A stretch of DNA of 64,000 nucleotides, from NCBI GenBank assembly GCA_934162365.1, contig CAKPIK010000001.1:341501-405500 (forward strand). Direction: 5' to 3'. Shown here one piece after another: positions 37,411 through 51,005 of the stretch. The position numbers and the translations under genes are program-made. This DNA is from an uncultured Clostridia bacterium (lineage in GTDB: Bacteria; Bacillota; Clostridia; TANB77; CAG-508). The notes under the pieces were generated by a model. It did not search any database. It was not told the DNA's origin and saw only the letters and a program-made list of their open reading frames with translations. Every line of letters begins with the position of its first letter. Positions within the stretch are counted from its first letter, which is position 1.

Positions 37411-38445
37411 ATGTTGAATGATAGAAAAAAAGAAATATTACAAGCTATTATAGAAGAGTATATTCAAACAGCTGAACCCGTAAGCTCAAATGCAATTGTA
37501 CAAAAATATAATTTGGATTATAGTAGTGCAACTGTAAGAAACGAAATGGCGGATTTAGAAAAATTAGGTTTTTTAGATAAACCTCATACTTCAGCTGGTA
37601 GAGTACCATCAGCAAAAGGATATAGGTTCTACGTTGATGAATTATTAAAAGATGATGATATTAGTTTAGAGGAAGTTATATATATACAATCTAAACTTCA
37701 AACTAAAGTTAATCAAATGGAAGATTTAACTAAGATTACTACTAACACATTATCTGAAATAACTCATTATCCAACAGTAAGTATTGGACCTAATAAACAC
37801 AATCAAATAATAGAAGATATTAAATTTGTACTTCTTGGAACAAGAACAATGATGGCAATTATACTTACAGACTCAGGAATAATTAAAGAAACAATAATTA
37901 AGTTTGATGAAGATGTAACAGAAGAACAAATATCCACATTATCATATATGTTTAATAATAAATTAAAAGGAAAAACATTAGACGATATAGATGCACCAAT
38001 AGAGAACTATATAATTTCTGAAATGAGTAGTAGTATAAATGTAATTAGACCAATATTAAATGAAATGAAAAAAGCAATAGATGAGCAAGGAACACTATAT
38101 TATGAAGGAACAAACAAAGCATTTGAACTCCCAGAGTTTAAAAGTATGGAACTTGCTAAAAACTTTGTAAATGTACTTGATGCAAAAGATATGGTAATAG
38201 ATACCTTAAATTCAGGAATTGCAGATGATATTAATGTATATATTGGCGATGAGAATGAAAATGAAGAATTAAAAGATTTTAGTATAATAACATTTAATCA
38301 TAAAGTACATGGAAAGTCATTAGGAACAATTGGAATAATAGGACCTAAAAGAATGGATTATTCAAAAGTTATATCTGTCTTGAAATATATAAATAGAAAG
38401 ATGAATCAAGGCGGATTACTAGGTGAAGGAAAGAAGGAGGAGTGA
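37411..38445 (+). CDS. hrcA: heat-inducible transcription repressor HrcA
   Basis: MLNDRKKEILQAIIEEYIQTAEPVSSNAI...ATVRNEMADLEKLGFLDKPHTSAGRVPS. Confidence 0.95.
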   Translation: MLNDRKKEILQAIIEEYIQTAEPVSSNAIVQKYNLDYSSATVRNEMADLEKLGFLDKPHTSAGRVPSAKGYRFYVDELLKDDDISLEEVIYIQSKLQTKVNQMEDLTKITTNTLSEITHYPTVSIGPNKHNQIIEDIKFVLLGTRTMMAIILTDSGIIKETIIKFDEDVTEEQISTLSYMFNNKLKGKTLDDIDAPIENYIISEMSSSINVIRPILNEMKKAIDEQGTLYYEGTNKAFELPEFKSMELAKNFVNVLDAKDMVIDTLNSGIADDINVYIGDENENEELKDFSIITFNHKVHGKSLGTIGIIGPKRMDYSKVISVLKYINRKMNQGGLLGEGKKEE

Positions 38446-38447
38446 AA

Positions 38448-38966
38448 TTGGAAGAAAATAATGAAGAGTTGAAAAAAACAGAAACTTCAGAAGAAGTAAA
38501 GGAAGAAAATATAAACTGCAAAGAAGATACAGAGCTTAATAAAATAAAAACAGATTTAGAAGAAACAACTGATAGATTAAAAAGACTTATGGCTGAATTT
38601 GATAATTTCAAAAAAAGAAGTGCAAAAGAAAGAGAAGGATTATATAACTCTTTACTTGCAGATATAATATCAAGTTTCTTACCAGTAGTTGATAACTTAG
38701 AAAAAGCAGTAAATAGCCAAACAGAAGATGAAGGATATAAACAAGGAGTAGAGTTAGTATTAAAACAATTCACAGATGTTCTTTCATCACTAGGAGTAAA
38801 AGAAATAGAAACTAATGGTACTACATTTAATCCTGAATATCATGAAGCAGTAAGTTCTGTACAAGATGAAAACTTAGGAGAAAAGGAAATAAAAGAAACT
38901 TATAGAAAAGGATATAGAATAGGCGATAGAGTAATACGCCATGCTATGGTTGTAGTAGCAAATTAA
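38448..38966 (+). CDS. grpE: nucleotide exchange factor GrpE
   Basis: RLKRLMAEFDNFKKRSAKE...YHEAV...GYRIGDRVIRHAMVVV. TTG 38448 lies 7 nt after GGAGG (the track starts at GTG 38442). Confidence 0.9.
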   Translation: MEENNEELKKTETSEEVKEENINCKEDTELNKIKTDLEETTDRLKRLMAEFDNFKKRSAKEREGLYNSLLADIISSFLPVVDNLEKAVNSQTEDEGYKQGVELVLKQFTDVLSSLGVKEIETNGTTFNPEYHEAVSSVQDENLGEKEIKETYRKGYRIGDRVIRHAMVVVAN

Positions 38967-39070
38967 TTATGTTATTAATTTTAAATTTTATAAATTGCAC
39001 AAAAGAAAATAAAACAATAAGTATTATAAAGAAGTAAAAAGTTCATGTTTACTAAGTTAATAAATGGTGA

Positions 39071-40978
<1,908 letters not shown>

Positions 40979-40990
40979 TAAAAGGTAGAG

Positions 40991-41011
40991 GGGCGGATCT
41001 TGTGTCCGCCC
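40991..41011 (+). other. GC-rich stem-loop between dnaK and dnaJ
   Basis: GGGCGGA-tcttgtg-TCCGCCC with no T-run after it. It could be a partial terminator or an mRNA stability element. Confidence 0.4.
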
Positions 41012-41032
41012 ACATACATATTGGAGGAAAAG

Positions 41033-42187
41033 ATGGCTGAAAAAAGAGATTATTACGAAGTCCTAGGTGTAAATAAAAATGCAACAGAAGACGAACTAAA
41101 AAAAGCATATAGAAAACTTGCAAAAAAATATCACCCAGATGCAAATCCAGATAATAAAAAAGAAGCAGAAGCTAAATTCAAAGAGGTAAATGAAGCATAT
41201 GAAAATTTATCAGATCCTCAAAAAAGGCAAATGTATGATAGATTTGGACATGATGGTCCTCAAGGCTTTGGAGGAAATGGAGGAGGATTCTATTCTTCAC
41301 AAGGTTTTGATGGCTTTAGCGGAATGGGAGATTTTGGAGACTTAGGAGATATATTTTCTTCATTTTTTGGTGGAGGCTTTGGAGGCAGTTCAAGAACTTC
41401 AAGAGCAAAAACAGGGCCAACAAAAGGTGCAAGTTTAAGATATGATATTGAGATAACCTACGAAGAAGCATTTTCAGGAGTTGAAAAAGAAATAAGTTTT
41501 AGTAGACAAGAAACTTGTGATACATGCCATGGAACTGGTGCAAAACCAGGTACAAGTAGTACAACATGCTCAATGTGCGGTGGAACAGGCCAAATAACTC
41601 AAATGCAAACAACTATACTAGGTCAAATGCAAACAACTAGAACTTGCCCAAATTGCCATGGAGAAGGAAAAATTATAAAAGAACCATGTGAAACATGTCG
41701 TGGCAAGGGTCAAGTTAAAAAACCAGTAAGAATAAAAGTAAAAATTCCAGAAGGAATAGACGATAATCAAACAGTAGTACTTAGAGGTCAAGGAGCTGCA
41801 GGACAAAAAGGTGGACCACAAGGAGATTTATTTATAACAGTGCATTTGAAAAATCATAAAATATATACAAGAAAAGGAAGCAATGTATATTGTGATGTAC
41901 CAGTTACAATAACACAAGCAACTCTTGGAGCAGAAATAGAAGTTCCTATGCTAAATGGAAAAATAGAAAAATTTAAAATACCAGAAGGAACACAAACAGA
42001 TACAAAATTTAGGATAAGAGGAAAAGGATTTAAAAATGGAAATACAAGTACATATGGAGATTTTATCTTCAATGTAATTGTAAAAACACCAAAAAGATTG
42101 ACTAAAGAACAAAGAGATTTGTTAGAAAAATTAGCATTAACAATGAATGAACAGCCACCAATTAAGAGAAAAGGAATATTTGGATAA
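41033..42187 (+). CDS. dnaJ: molecular chaperone DnaJ
   Basis: J domain (DYYEVLGV...HPD), G/F region and four CxxCxGxG zinc-finger repeats. Confidence 0.97.
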   Translation: MAEKRDYYEVLGVNKNATEDELKKAYRKLAKKYHPDANPDNKKEAEAKFKEVNEAYENLSDPQKRQMYDRFGHDGPQGFGGNGGGFYSSQGFDGFSGMGDFGDLGDIFSSFFGGGFGGSSRTSRAKTGPTKGASLRYDIEITYEEAFSGVEKEISFSRQETCDTCHGTGAKPGTSSTTCSMCGGTGQITQMQTTILGQMQTTRTCPNCHGEGKIIKEPCETCRGKGQVKKPVRIKVKIPEGIDDNQTVVLRGQGAAGQKGGPQGDLFITVHLKNHKIYTRKGSNVYCDVPVTITQATLGAEIEVPMLNGKIEKFKIPEGTQTDTKFRIRGKGFKNGNTSTYGDFIFNVIVKTPKRLTKEQRDLLEKLALTMNEQPPIKRKGIFG

Positions 42188-42363
42188 ATAAAAACTCACC
42201 AGTTTAAATTTGGTGAGTTTTTTGTGTATTGCATGTGAAAGCACTTGACATGTTAGTGGATTAAATGTAAAATATAATAGGTAGGTTTTAATTATATAAA
42301 TTAATAATGAGATTAAATATATATTAGAACATTGAAAATTTAATAGAAAAGAGGGATATAATT

Positions 42364-43905
42364 ATGAATACAATAATTATTATCGCCACTGTTCTAATCT
42401 CAGGAGCTGTTTTTATACCAGCAGGTATTGTTATAAGAAAAAAATCAGCTGAATCAAAAATATTAAGTGCTGAAAATGAAGCAAAAAGATTACTTGAAGA
42501 TGCTAAGAAAGATGCAGCAAGCATAAAAAAAGAAGAAATATTAAAAGCAAAAGAAGAAATTATGAAGTCTAGAGATGAACTAGATAAAGAGATTAGAGAA
42601 AGAAGAGGCGAAGTACAAAGTCAAGAAAGAAGACTAATACAAAAAGAGGAAAACTTAGATAAACGTATTGAAACATACGATAAAAGAGAAAGAGAATTAG
42701 ATAAAGAGTTTCAAGAAGTTGAAAAACAAAAAGAAGATGTTAAAGAAATATTTAATAGACAAATGCAAGAATTACAAAGAATTTCTGGTTTATCTTCTGA
42801 AGATGCAAAAAAACAATTGTTATCAGAATTAGAAAAACAATTAAATACTGAAAAAGCTTTACTTATAAAAGAAGTTGAGGGAAAAGCTAAAGAAGAAGCA
42901 AACAAAAATGCTAAAGAAATCTTAAGCTATGCAATTCAAAAATGTGCAGCGGATCATACATCTGAAACTACAGTATCTATAGTTAATTTACCAAATGATG
43001 ATATGAAAGGTAGAATAATTGGTAGAGAAGGTAGAAATATTAAAACATTAGAAACATTAACAGGAATTGATTTAATAATTGATGATACTCCAGATGCTGT
43101 TGTAATATCAGGATTCGACCCATTAAGAAGAGAAGTTGCTAAAATTGCTCTAGAAAAATTAATTGATGATGGTAGAATTCATCCAGCTAAAATTGAAGAA
43201 ATGGTAGAAAAGGCAAAAGAAGAAATTGAAGCTACAATTAAAGCTGAAGGCGAAAGAGCAACATTAGAAACAGGAGTTATGGGATTAAATCCAGAAATAA
43301 TTAAATTAATAGGAAAATTAAAATATAGAACAAGTTATGGACAAAATGTTTTAAATCACTCTATAGAGGTTTCAAATTTAGCAAGAATAATGGCAGAAGA
43401 ATTAGGCTTAGACTCAACTAGAGCAAGGCGTGCAGGTTTATTACATGACATTGGAAAAGCACTAGACCATGATATGGAAGGAACACATGTTGAGCTTGGT
43501 GTTGATGTTTTAAGAAAATTTAAAGAAAATGAATTAATAATAAATGCTGTTGAAGCACATCATGGTGATGTTGAACCTAAAACTCTAGAAGCTGTACTTG
43601 TACAAGCAGCAGATGCAATTTCTGCATCAAGACCTGGAGCAAGAAGAGAAACTTTAGAAGCGTATATTAAGAGACTACAAGAATTAGAGGAAATTGCAAA
43701 TTCATTTGAAGGAGTAGATAAGTCATTTGCAATACAAGCAGGACGTGAAATAAGAATTATAGTAAAACCAGAAAAGATATCAGACGCAGATATGACAGTT
43801 TTAGCAAGAGATGTTGCTAAAAAAGTAGAAAATGAAATGGAATATCCAGGACAAATAAAAGTAAATGTAATAAGAGAAACAAGAACAATAGATTATGCTA
43901 AATAA
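42364..43905 (+). CDS. rny: ribonuclease Y
   Basis: N-terminal TM helix, coiled coil, KH domain ([11 protein letters not shown]) and HD domain (LLHDIGKA). Confidence 0.95.
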   Translation: MNTIIIIATVLISGAVFIPAGIVIRKKSAESKILSAENEAKRLLEDAKKDAASIKKEEILKAKEEIMKSRDELDKEIRERRGEVQSQERRLIQKEENLDKRIETYDKRERELDKEFQEVEKQKEDVKEIFNRQMQELQRISGLSSEDAKKQLLSELEKQLNTEKALLIKEVEGKAKEEANKNAKEILSYAIQKCAADHTSETTVSIVNLPNDDMKGRIIGREGRNIKTLETLTGIDLIIDDTPDAVVISGFDPLRREVAKIALEKLIDDGRIHPAKIEEMVEKAKEEIEATIKAEGERATLETGVMGLNPEIIKLIGKLKYRTSYGQNVLNHSIEVSNLARIMAEELGLDSTRARRAGLLHDIGKALDHDMEGTHVELGVDVLRKFKENELIINAVEAHHGDVEPKTLEAVLVQAADAISASRPGARRETLEAYIKRLQELEEIANSFEGVDKSFAIQAGREIRIIVKPEKISDADMTVLARDVAKKVENEMEYPGQIKVNVIRETRTIDYAK

Positions 43906-43909
43906 ATGA

Positions 43910-43937
43910 AATAGACCACTTTTAAAAGTGGTCTATT
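43910..43937. terminator. bidirectional terminator
   Basis: AATAGACCACTTTT/AAAAGTGGTCTATT palindrome between convergent genes. Confidence 0.7.
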
Positions 43938-43940
43938 ATT

Positions 43941-44237
43941 TTATCGAAAGAAAATTGCAGGCTTAGGAGTCTTGTAAAATAGAATTACAGACTCAGAAGA
44001 TATCATTACATTTATATCATCTTCTTTAAAAGAAGAGTCAATATTGTATAAGAATCTTTGAAGTCTCATAAGACTATCAGGATTGTTAGCAAAAAGTTTT
44101 TTGGGAAAATGTATACTTTTTGCGGAATAGATTCTGGAATCATTTTCATCAAAAAGAATTAATTCTTTTTTTGCTAAATTCCTAAAATTATTAGGATCTA
44201 ATCCTGCCCATTCGATAAATATTGCAAACTTAATCAA
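43941..44237 (-). CDS. hypothetical protein
   Basis: ORF with GGAGG RBS. In-frame TTG 44237 has better spacing than GTG 44246. No family recognised. Confidence 0.45.
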   Translation of the reverse strand: MIKFAIFIEWAGLDPNNFRNLAKKELILFDENDSRIYSAKSIHFPKKLFANNPDSLMRLQRFLYNIDSSFKEDDINVMISSESVILFYKTPKPAIFFR

Positions 44238-44421
44238 AGTTTGCACCTCCCCTATGTAAATTTACCATTTTCTGGGGTAATGCAATGGTATAAAATTATT
44301 ATAGCATAAATAAGGTTAAAAATCAAATTATGTAAATTTCATTAATACATATTTTAATTTGCATTAATAATAAAAATATAGTATTATATAATAAGTAAAG
44401 AACGAAAGGAAAATGTATAAT

Positions 44422-45192
44422 ATGAAGATTTTAGCAGTTGGTGATATTGTTGGAGAAAGCGGATTAAACAAGTTAAAAGAAATATTACCACATTTAAAAC
44501 AAAGAGAAAAAATAGATTTTGCAATTGTAAATGGAGAAAATGTTGCAGGAGGAATGGGAATTACAGAAAAATTATTTAAACAAATCTTATTTGCTGGGGC
44601 AGATGTTGTAACCCTTGGAAATCATACTTGGGCTAAAAAAGACGTATTTAATATTATTGATGACGACCAGTTAATAAGACCAGCAAATTACCCTAAAGGA
44701 GTATGTGGTAAAGGCTATAATATATATAACTGCAAAAATAAAAAAATATGTGTAATTAACGCACTTGGTAGAACCAATATGGGAATACTAACTGAAAATC
44801 CATTTTTAATAGTAGAAGATATTATTAATAATATCAAAGATAAAGTAGATTATATAATTGTAGATTTTCATGCAGAAGCAACAGCAGAAAAAATTGCATT
44901 TGCAAATTATTTAGACGGAAAAGCAAATATAATATTTGGAACACATACACATGTTCAAACATCAGATGAAACGATACTTCCAAATGGCACAGCATACATA
45001 ACAGATATAGGCATGACTGGACCAATAAATTCAGTTATAGGTATGGATAAAAAGGCATCAATAAAAAGATTTGTTACTACTTTACCAGAGAAATATAAAA
45101 TTGCAGATGGAGATTGTAGACTTAATAGTTGTTTGTTTTGTATTAATGACGAAAACGGTCGAATAGAAAGAATTACAAGAATAAATATGTAG
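44422..45192 (+). CDS. ymdB: YmdB-type metallophosphoesterase (2',3'-cyclic-nucleotide phosphodiesterase)
   Basis: MKILAVGDIVG...VNGEN...GNHTW...DFHAEATAEK...GTHTHVQT. Conserved rny-ymdB-spoVS order. Confidence 0.9.
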   Translation: MKILAVGDIVGESGLNKLKEILPHLKQREKIDFAIVNGENVAGGMGITEKLFKQILFAGADVVTLGNHTWAKKDVFNIIDDDQLIRPANYPKGVCGKGYNIYNCKNKKICVINALGRTNMGILTENPFLIVEDIINNIKDKVDYIIVDFHAEATAEKIAFANYLDGKANIIFGTHTHVQTSDETILPNGTAYITDIGMTGPINSVIGMDKKASIKRFVTTLPEKYKIADGDCRLNSCLFCINDENGRIERITRINM

Positions 45193-45309
45193 AAAAAGAA
45201 AATACGAAATTACCAATAATTTCCAAAAAATACTAGACAAAGTTACATCCATATAATATAAATATAGTTGTTCACAAATGAAACAAAATTTATATTTAGG
45301 AGGAAAAAA

Positions 45310-45573
45310 ATGGAAGTTTTAAAAATTTCAGCAAAATCAAATCCAAATTCAGTTGCAGGAGCAATAGCAGGACTAGTTAAGGAGTCTAACAAAGCAGAAA
45401 TGCAAGCAATAGGAGCAGGAGCACTAAATCAAGCAATTAAAGCTGTAGCTATTGCAAGAGGATTTGTGGCTCCATCAGGAGTTGACTTAGTATGTGTACC
45501 AGCATTTGCCGAAGTGGAGGTAGAAGGTGAAGACAGAACAGGAATAAAAATAATTGTGGAATCTAGATTATAA
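45310..45573 (+). CDS. spoVS: stage V sporulation protein S
   Basis: MEVLKISAKSNPNSVAGAIAGLVKE...GAGALNQAIKAVAIARGF. AGGAGG RBS. Confidence 0.95.
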   Translation: MEVLKISAKSNPNSVAGAIAGLVKESNKAEMQAIGAGALNQAIKAVAIARGFVAPSGVDLVCVPAFAEVEVEGEDRTGIKIIVESRL

Positions 45574-45710
45574 AAATAAGGAAATAATTAATTTTCCATA
45601 TAAAATAAAAAAGTGGCTATGCCACTTTTTTTGTTGAATAGAAAAATTCTTATTGAAAACAATAAAAAAATAATATATAGTATATATAGATTAATAGGTA
45701 GGAGAAGAAC

Positions 45711-47327
45711 ATGAAAACCTCATATTTAAAAATAATATTTATAATATTAATAATAGTTTTAGTTGTATCAGCAATATATATAAATTTGTTTTGGGGAAAT
45801 AAAAGAAATAGAAATTCTAATATATCAACAACTACTTCAAATGAAAAAGAAACATTAATTTCAAATAATCTAAGAATAGGAATAATTGAATTTGATAATA
45901 TAAATCCAATATTAAGTAACAACAAAAATGTTCAAGATGTATCAAGACTAATATTTGATCCATTATTTATGCTTACGGAAGATTATAAACTTACAGATGT
46001 ATTAGCTAAAGAATTTTCAAAAATTGATGATAAAACATATGTAATAAAATTAAAAGAAAATATAAAATGGCAAGATGGAAATAAATTTGATTCATCTGAC
46101 GTATTTTTTACCATAGATATTTTAAAAGAATTAGGAGATAGTTCTGTATATTATTATAATGTAAGAGATATAGAAGAAGTTGAAAAAATAGATGAATATA
46201 CGGTAAAAATAAAGTTGAATAGAGAAATTCCATATTTTGAATATAATCTTATTTTCCCAATAGTCTCAAGCAAATATTTTGACAAAGATAATCTTAGATT
46301 AGAAAATAAAAATATAAAACCTGTTGGAACAGGCATGTTTTATATATCAGAAACAGAAAATAATAGTATATTGCTTAAGAAAAGTATAAAAGAAAATACT
46401 ACAGAAAGTTTGAAATTAGATACAATAACATTAAAATTATATGATTCACTAACTAGTGCAATAAATGCATTTAAAACTGGAGAAATAGACTTTTTCACAA
46501 CCTCTAATAGAAATATTGAAGACTATTTAAAAAATATAAATTATAATAAAATTGAATATATAAATAGAAGTTATTCATATATTTCATTAAATTGTGATAA
46601 TAATATACTTTCTAATAAAGAAGTAAGACAAGCGATAAATTCAACAATAGATAAGAATTCAATTATAAAGGATATATACAATGACAAAAATACACTTTCT
46701 AATTTTCCATTAGATTTTGGTAGTTATGCTTATGATAAAAATAATCCTAGTATGACTTGTGATTCAAATACTGCTAAAAATTTGCTTGTAGATAATGGAT
46801 GGAAATATACTTCTAAAAAATGGAGAAAGACTGTAAAAAATAAATATTTAAAGATTGAATTAGACCTAGTTGTAAATAAAGATGATGGATATATGGTTAA
46901 AGTGGCAAAAAAAGTGAAAGAACAACTAGAAAATATAGGAATGATAATAAATGTTAAGGAAACTAATAATAAGCAATATGAGACTTATTTAAAAAATAAA
47001 AATTATGACATGATATTAATTAGTTCAAGTTATAGCTATAGTCCATCTTTAAATAAATATTTTGGAGATTCCAATATAGCTAATTATAAAAATGAAGAAA
47101 TCACCAAATTGATAGAAGAAATGCAAAGTAGTGTGGATGAAAATGAGATAAAACAAAAGTGCTCAAGAATAGTAGAAATTTATAATGATGAAGTGCCATA
47201 TATAAGCTTATTTTTTAATCAAAATACAATGATATATTCTCCTAATCTAAAAGGTAATGTATCACCAAATTCATACAATTTATTTTATAAAATTGAAAGT
47301 TGGTATAGAGAATACAAAAAAGAATAA
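45711..47327 (+). CDS. family-5 ABC substrate-binding protein (peptide/nickel type), membrane-anchored
   Basis: N-terminal TM helix and SBP_bac_5-like length and sequence (LRIGI..FDNINPIL...). No adjacent permease genes. Confidence 0.55.
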   Translation: MKTSYLKIIFIILIIVLVVSAIYINLFWGNKRNRNSNISTTTSNEKETLISNNLRIGIIEFDNINPILSNNKNVQDVSRLIFDPLFMLTEDYKLTDVLAKEFSKIDDKTYVIKLKENIKWQDGNKFDSSDVFFTIDILKELGDSSVYYYNVRDIEEVEKIDEYTVKIKLNREIPYFEYNLIFPIVSSKYFDKDNLRLENKNIKPVGTGMFYISETENNSILLKKSIKENTTESLKLDTITLKLYDSLTSAINAFKTGEIDFFTTSNRNIEDYLKNINYNKIEYINRSYSYISLNCDNNILSNKEVRQAINSTIDKNSIIKDIYNDKNTLSNFPLDFGSYAYDKNNPSMTCDSNTAKNLLVDNGWKYTSKKWRKTVKNKYLKIELDLVVNKDDGYMVKVAKKVKEQLENIGMIINVKETNNKQYETYLKNKNYDMILISSSYSYSPSLNKYFGDSNIANYKNEEITKLIEEMQSSVDENEIKQKCSRIVEIYNDEVPYISLFFNQNTMIYSPNLKGNVSPNSYNLFYKIESWYREYKKE

Positions 47328-47343
47328 TTTTTTCAAAAAAGTG

Positions 47344-47393
47344 TTGACAAAAAAATTTTTTAATATATAATACAAATATACAAACAAATGTTT
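47344..47393 (+). promoter_or_regulatory. recA promoter with a possible LexA (Cheo-like) box
   Basis: TTGACA, 16-nt spacer, TATAAT, then AAAC-AAAT-GTTT (47382-47393). This is a degenerate form of GAAC-N4-GTTC. Confidence 0.4.
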
Positions 47394-47442
47394 AAGTTTG
47401 AAAAAATTATTACATATAGAAAAGGAAGGAATGGTAATTTTA

Positions 47443-48486
47443 ATGGGAAATGAAAATCCAGAAAAGAAAAGAGCTTTAGAAGCAGCAATGGGGCAAATTG
47501 AAAAACAATTTGGAAAGGGATCAGTTATGAAACTTGGAGAATTCCAAGCAATGAATATAGAAGCTATACCTACGGGGGCATTAGGTTTAGATATAGCATT
47601 AGGTATAGGAGGAGTTCCTAGAGGAAGAATTGTAGAGATATATGGACCAGAGTCATCTGGTAAAACTACATTAGCATTACACATAATAGCAGAAGCACAA
47701 AAAATGAATGGAGAAGCAGCATTTATAGATGCAGAACATGCGTTAGATCCAGTTTATGCAAAACATTTAGGGGTAGATATAGATAACTTAATAGTGTCTC
47801 AACCAGATACTGGTGAACAAGCATTAGAAATAACAGAAGCTTTAATAAGAAGTGGAGCTCTAGATGTTATAGTTGTGGACTCTGTTGCAGCATTAGTGCC
47901 AAAAGCTGAAATAGACGGAGACATGGGAGATTCTCATATAGGACTTCAAGCAAGACTTATGTCACAAGCTTTAAGAAAATTAGCTGGTGCAATAAATAAA
48001 TCAAAGACAGTTCTTATATTTATAAACCAATTAAGAGAAAAAGTTGGAGTAATGTTTGGTAACCCAGAAACAACAACAGGTGGTAGGGCACTAAAATATT
48101 ATGCATCCGTAAGATTAGATATTAGAAAAATAGAAAATATAAAACAAGATGGTGATGTAGTAGGAAATAGAGCAAGAGTTAAAGTAGTTAAAAATAAAGT
48201 TGCTCCACCATTTAGAGAAGCAGAATTTGATATAGTATATGGAAAAGGAATATCAAAAGAAGGAAATATACTAGATATAGGAGTTAACCTTGATATTGTT
48301 GAAAAAAGTGGTTCTTGGTTTAGTTACAATGGAGAAAGAATTGGACAAGGAAGAGAAAATGTAAAACAATATTTAAAAGAACATCCAGAAATGATGAAAG
48401 ACATCGAAGAAAAAATAAGAGCTAAATTTTCAGAGGCATTTGAAAAGAGTTTAGGAGAAGAAGAGGCTGATGACTCAGAAGAATAA
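47443..48486 (+). CDS. recA: recombinase RecA
   Basis: [21 protein letters not shown]...GPESSGKTT. The start choice (47443 versus upstream in-frame ATGs) is uncertain. Confidence 0.97.
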   Translation: MGNENPEKKRALEAAMGQIEKQFGKGSVMKLGEFQAMNIEAIPTGALGLDIALGIGGVPRGRIVEIYGPESSGKTTLALHIIAEAQKMNGEAAFIDAEHALDPVYAKHLGVDIDNLIVSQPDTGEQALEITEALIRSGALDVIVVDSVAALVPKAEIDGDMGDSHIGLQARLMSQALRKLAGAINKSKTVLIFINQLREKVGVMFGNPETTTGGRALKYYASVRLDIRKIENIKQDGDVVGNRARVKVVKNKVAPPFREAEFDIVYGKGISKEGNILDIGVNLDIVEKSGSWFSYNGERIGQGRENVKQYLKEHPEMMKDIEEKIRAKFSEAFEKSLGEEEADDSEE

Positions 48487-48487
48487 A

Positions 48488-48925
48488 ATGGATTATTCAA
48501 TAGAAGAATTTGATAAAGCAAAAACAAAAGTTATGAATTATATAATGTATAAGAAAAGAACTGAATATGAAGTTAAAAATAAATTCTCAAAAACACTTGA
48601 AGAAAATCTATTAAATGATATAATAGAATACGTTAAAGATGCTGGATATCTAAGTGATGTGCAATATGTTGAAAGAGCTATAAATGAATTTATGGCATTA
48701 AACAATTTATCAAGAAAAGAGATAAAATATAAATTGTTTTCTAAAGGTGTTCCGAATAATTTAATTGAAGATTATTTTAGTGAACATAGAGAAGAACTTT
48801 ATGAATATGAATTAAAATCAGCAAGGAAAATAATTTCAAAAAAATCTCAAACAATGGATAGAAATGAAATAAATAATTACTTAAGAAAAAAAGGATATGC
48901 AGAGGAGATTATTAAAGAAGAATAA
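48488..48925 (+). CDS. recX: RecX-like regulatory protein
   Basis: Starts 1 nt after the recA stop. Helical-repeat protein KVMNYIMYKKRTEYEVKNKF..., consistent with RecX. Confidence 0.65.
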   Translation: MDYSIEEFDKAKTKVMNYIMYKKRTEYEVKNKFSKTLEENLLNDIIEYVKDAGYLSDVQYVERAINEFMALNNLSRKEIKYKLFSKGVPNNLIEDYFSEHREELYEYELKSARKIISKKSQTMDRNEINNYLRKKGYAEEIIKEE

Positions 48926-48941
48926 AAATTGGAGAATTAAA

Positions 48942-49727
48942 ATGCAAAACGTATTAACATTAGAATCAAATAAATATGCAATAAAAATTGATAACTTTGA
49001 AGGCCCACTAGATTTATTATGCCATCTTATTGATAAAAATAAAATGAACATATACGACATAAAAATAAGCGAAATTGCAGACCAATATATAGAATATATA
49101 AATGCAATGGAAGAAGCTAATCTAGAAGTTACAAGTGAATTTATAATAATGGCATCAACATTATTATTTATAAAATCAAAAGGATTGCTTCCAAACCAAG
49201 TAGAAAACGAGGAAGAGCTTACTGAAGAACAATTAATAGAAAGAATTATTGAATATAAAAAATATAAAGAAATAACTGCAAAATTTAAAGAGTGCTGTGC
49301 AAAATTCTCAAAAAGATATTTTAAATTAGCAGAAGTAATAGAACTTCCAAAACAGAAATTAGAAGTTGAATATACCCCAGACATATTGCCTGAGATATAT
49401 AAGAATATAGTACAAAGAAACAATGAAAAAGTAAATCAAAATGCTAAAAATATTGAAAAAATTGCAATAACAGAAACATACACTGTGGCAAGTAAAGTAA
49501 AAGAAATGTTTAAAGAACTTATAAAAAAACCTAAATTTGTGTTCAATAAATTATATTCAATATCAAAATGTAATAAACAAGAAGTTGTAACAGCATTTAA
49601 TGGATTGCTAGAACTTTCTAGAAGAAATAAAGTAAAAACAACTCAAGAAGAATTATTTGCAGATATAACAGTAGAAAGAGCTAAAAATAGCTTACCTAGT
49701 GATGAAGTAAAAGCAGGTATTCTTTAA
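48942..49727 (+). CDS. scpA: segregation and condensation protein A
   Basis: NFEGPLDLLCHLIDKNKMNIYDIKISEIADQYIEYI. Confidence 0.85.
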   Translation: MQNVLTLESNKYAIKIDNFEGPLDLLCHLIDKNKMNIYDIKISEIADQYIEYINAMEEANLEVTSEFIIMASTLLFIKSKGLLPNQVENEEELTEEQLIERIIEYKKYKEITAKFKECCAKFSKRYFKLAEVIELPKQKLEVEYTPDILPEIYKNIVQRNNEKVNQNAKNIEKIAITETYTVASKVKEMFKELIKKPKFVFNKLYSISKCNKQEVVTAFNGLLELSRRNKVKTTQEELFADITVERAKNSLPSDEVKAGIL

Positions 49728-49790
49728 AGTCTGAGTAAAAGTGTTTAAATTAAAATAAAATTGTTAAAACTAGTATTAAGGAGAAATCTT

Positions 49791-50405
49791 ATGATACTAG
49801 TTTTTATTTTTCTTGTAATGCTAATATTAATAAGTTTTGCAATGTTACTTTTAGCATTATCAAATATTCAAATCGAATTAAAACAATTACATATATCAAA
49901 TAACAAAGGTAAATTAAAGCTTAAGGTAATATTGAATTTATCAATATTATTATTTAATAGACTTAAGCTTATAAAGATAAGCATAGACAATAAAAAGATA
50001 ATAAAGGTTTTAAAATCTGGAAAAATTAATTTTACTAATGTCAATATAAGCAAAGAATCAAAGAAAATAATAAAAAACTTCTTGAAAAGTGATGCTGTAA
50101 TAATTGAAAATATAAATATAAGTGGATATTTTTCAACATTTAATAATGTTTTAAGTGGAATTATTTTTAGTATCTCAAATGCTCTAATTCCAATATTAAT
50201 TTCAAAGAAGATTAACGGTAAGTATAATAATGATGTATCTTTTTTAAACCAAAATCAAAATATTATTAATATTTCTATAAATTGTATAATTAGTATAAAA
50301 ACTGTAAATATTATAAATACATTATATTTGTTAAAAAAGAAAGGTGGAAGTGATAAATATGGAAAATCATCCGATAGAAGGTCTTATGCTTACAGCAATG
50401 AATAG
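49791..50405 (+). CDS. ytfI: YtfI-like (DUF2953) sporulation membrane protein
   Basis: N-terminal TM helix, Asn/Ile/Lys-rich, directly upstream of and overlapping ytfJ. AAGGAG RBS before ATG 49791. Confidence 0.5.
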   Translation: MILVFIFLVMLILISFAMLLLALSNIQIELKQLHISNNKGKLKLKVILNLSILLFNRLKLIKISIDNKKIIKVLKSGKINFTNVNISKESKKIIKNFLKSDAVIIENINISGYFSTFNNVLSGIIFSISNALIPILISKKINGKYNNDVSFLNQNQNIINISINCIISIKTVNIINTLYLLKKKGGSDKYGKSSDRRSYAYSNE

Positions 50406-50967
50406 TATAGAAAATATGATTGATGTTAATACAATTATTGGAGAACCAATAGAAACATCAAATAATATTGTAATAATTCCAATATCTAAAGTATGTTTTG
50501 GATTTGCTGCAGGTGGAAGTGAATTTAAAGGAGAAACAATTGACGAATATACTAAAAAAGATAAAGACGAAAAAGTTCAATATAGATTGCCATTCGGTGG
50601 AGGAAGTGGAGCAACTGTAAGTATAAATCCAATAGCATTTTTAATTGTGGAAGAAGGAAAAGTAAGATTACTTCCAGTTAACCATAGTTCATGTATAGAT
50701 AAAATTTTAGATTATGTTCCAGACTTGTTTGAAAGACTTAATAAAAATCCTAAAATAGTAGAGGTAAAAAAAGAAATAGAAAAAGAAAGAGATAATTTTG
50801 AAACTAAAAAAGAAGAAGCAAAAAAAGCACATATAAATAAAGTACCAAAAACAACAGAAGAAAGATTAGAGTATTCACCTAAAAGGAAAAAACAAGAAGA
50901 AAATAAAGAAATAGCAGAAGAATTAGAAGATTTATTTGAAGACGAATATGAGTATGACGATGACTAA
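50359..50967 (+). CDS. ytfJ: GerW/YtfJ family sporulation protein with an acidic C-terminal extension
   Basis: IEGLMLTAMNSIENMIDVNTIIGEPIE...IPISKVCFGFAAGGSEF...PFGGGSGATVSINPIAFLIV. Confidence 0.8.
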   Translation: MENHPIEGLMLTAMNSIENMIDVNTIIGEPIETSNNIVIIPISKVCFGFAAGGSEFKGETIDEYTKKDKDEKVQYRLPFGGGSGATVSINPIAFLIVEEGKVRLLPVNHSSCIDKILDYVPDLFERLNKNPKIVEVKKEIEKERDNFETKKEEAKKAHINKVPKTTEERLEYSPKRKKQEENKEIAEELEDLFEDEYEYDDD

Positions 50968-50970
50968 ATC

Positions 50971-50999
50971 TTGCTAAATTTTACCAAATATGTTATAAT
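50971..50999 (+). promoter_or_regulatory. sigma-A promoter of the large non-coding RNA
   Basis: TTGCTA, 17-nt spacer, TATAAT. Confidence 0.5.
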
Positions 51000-51005
51000 A
51001 AAAAG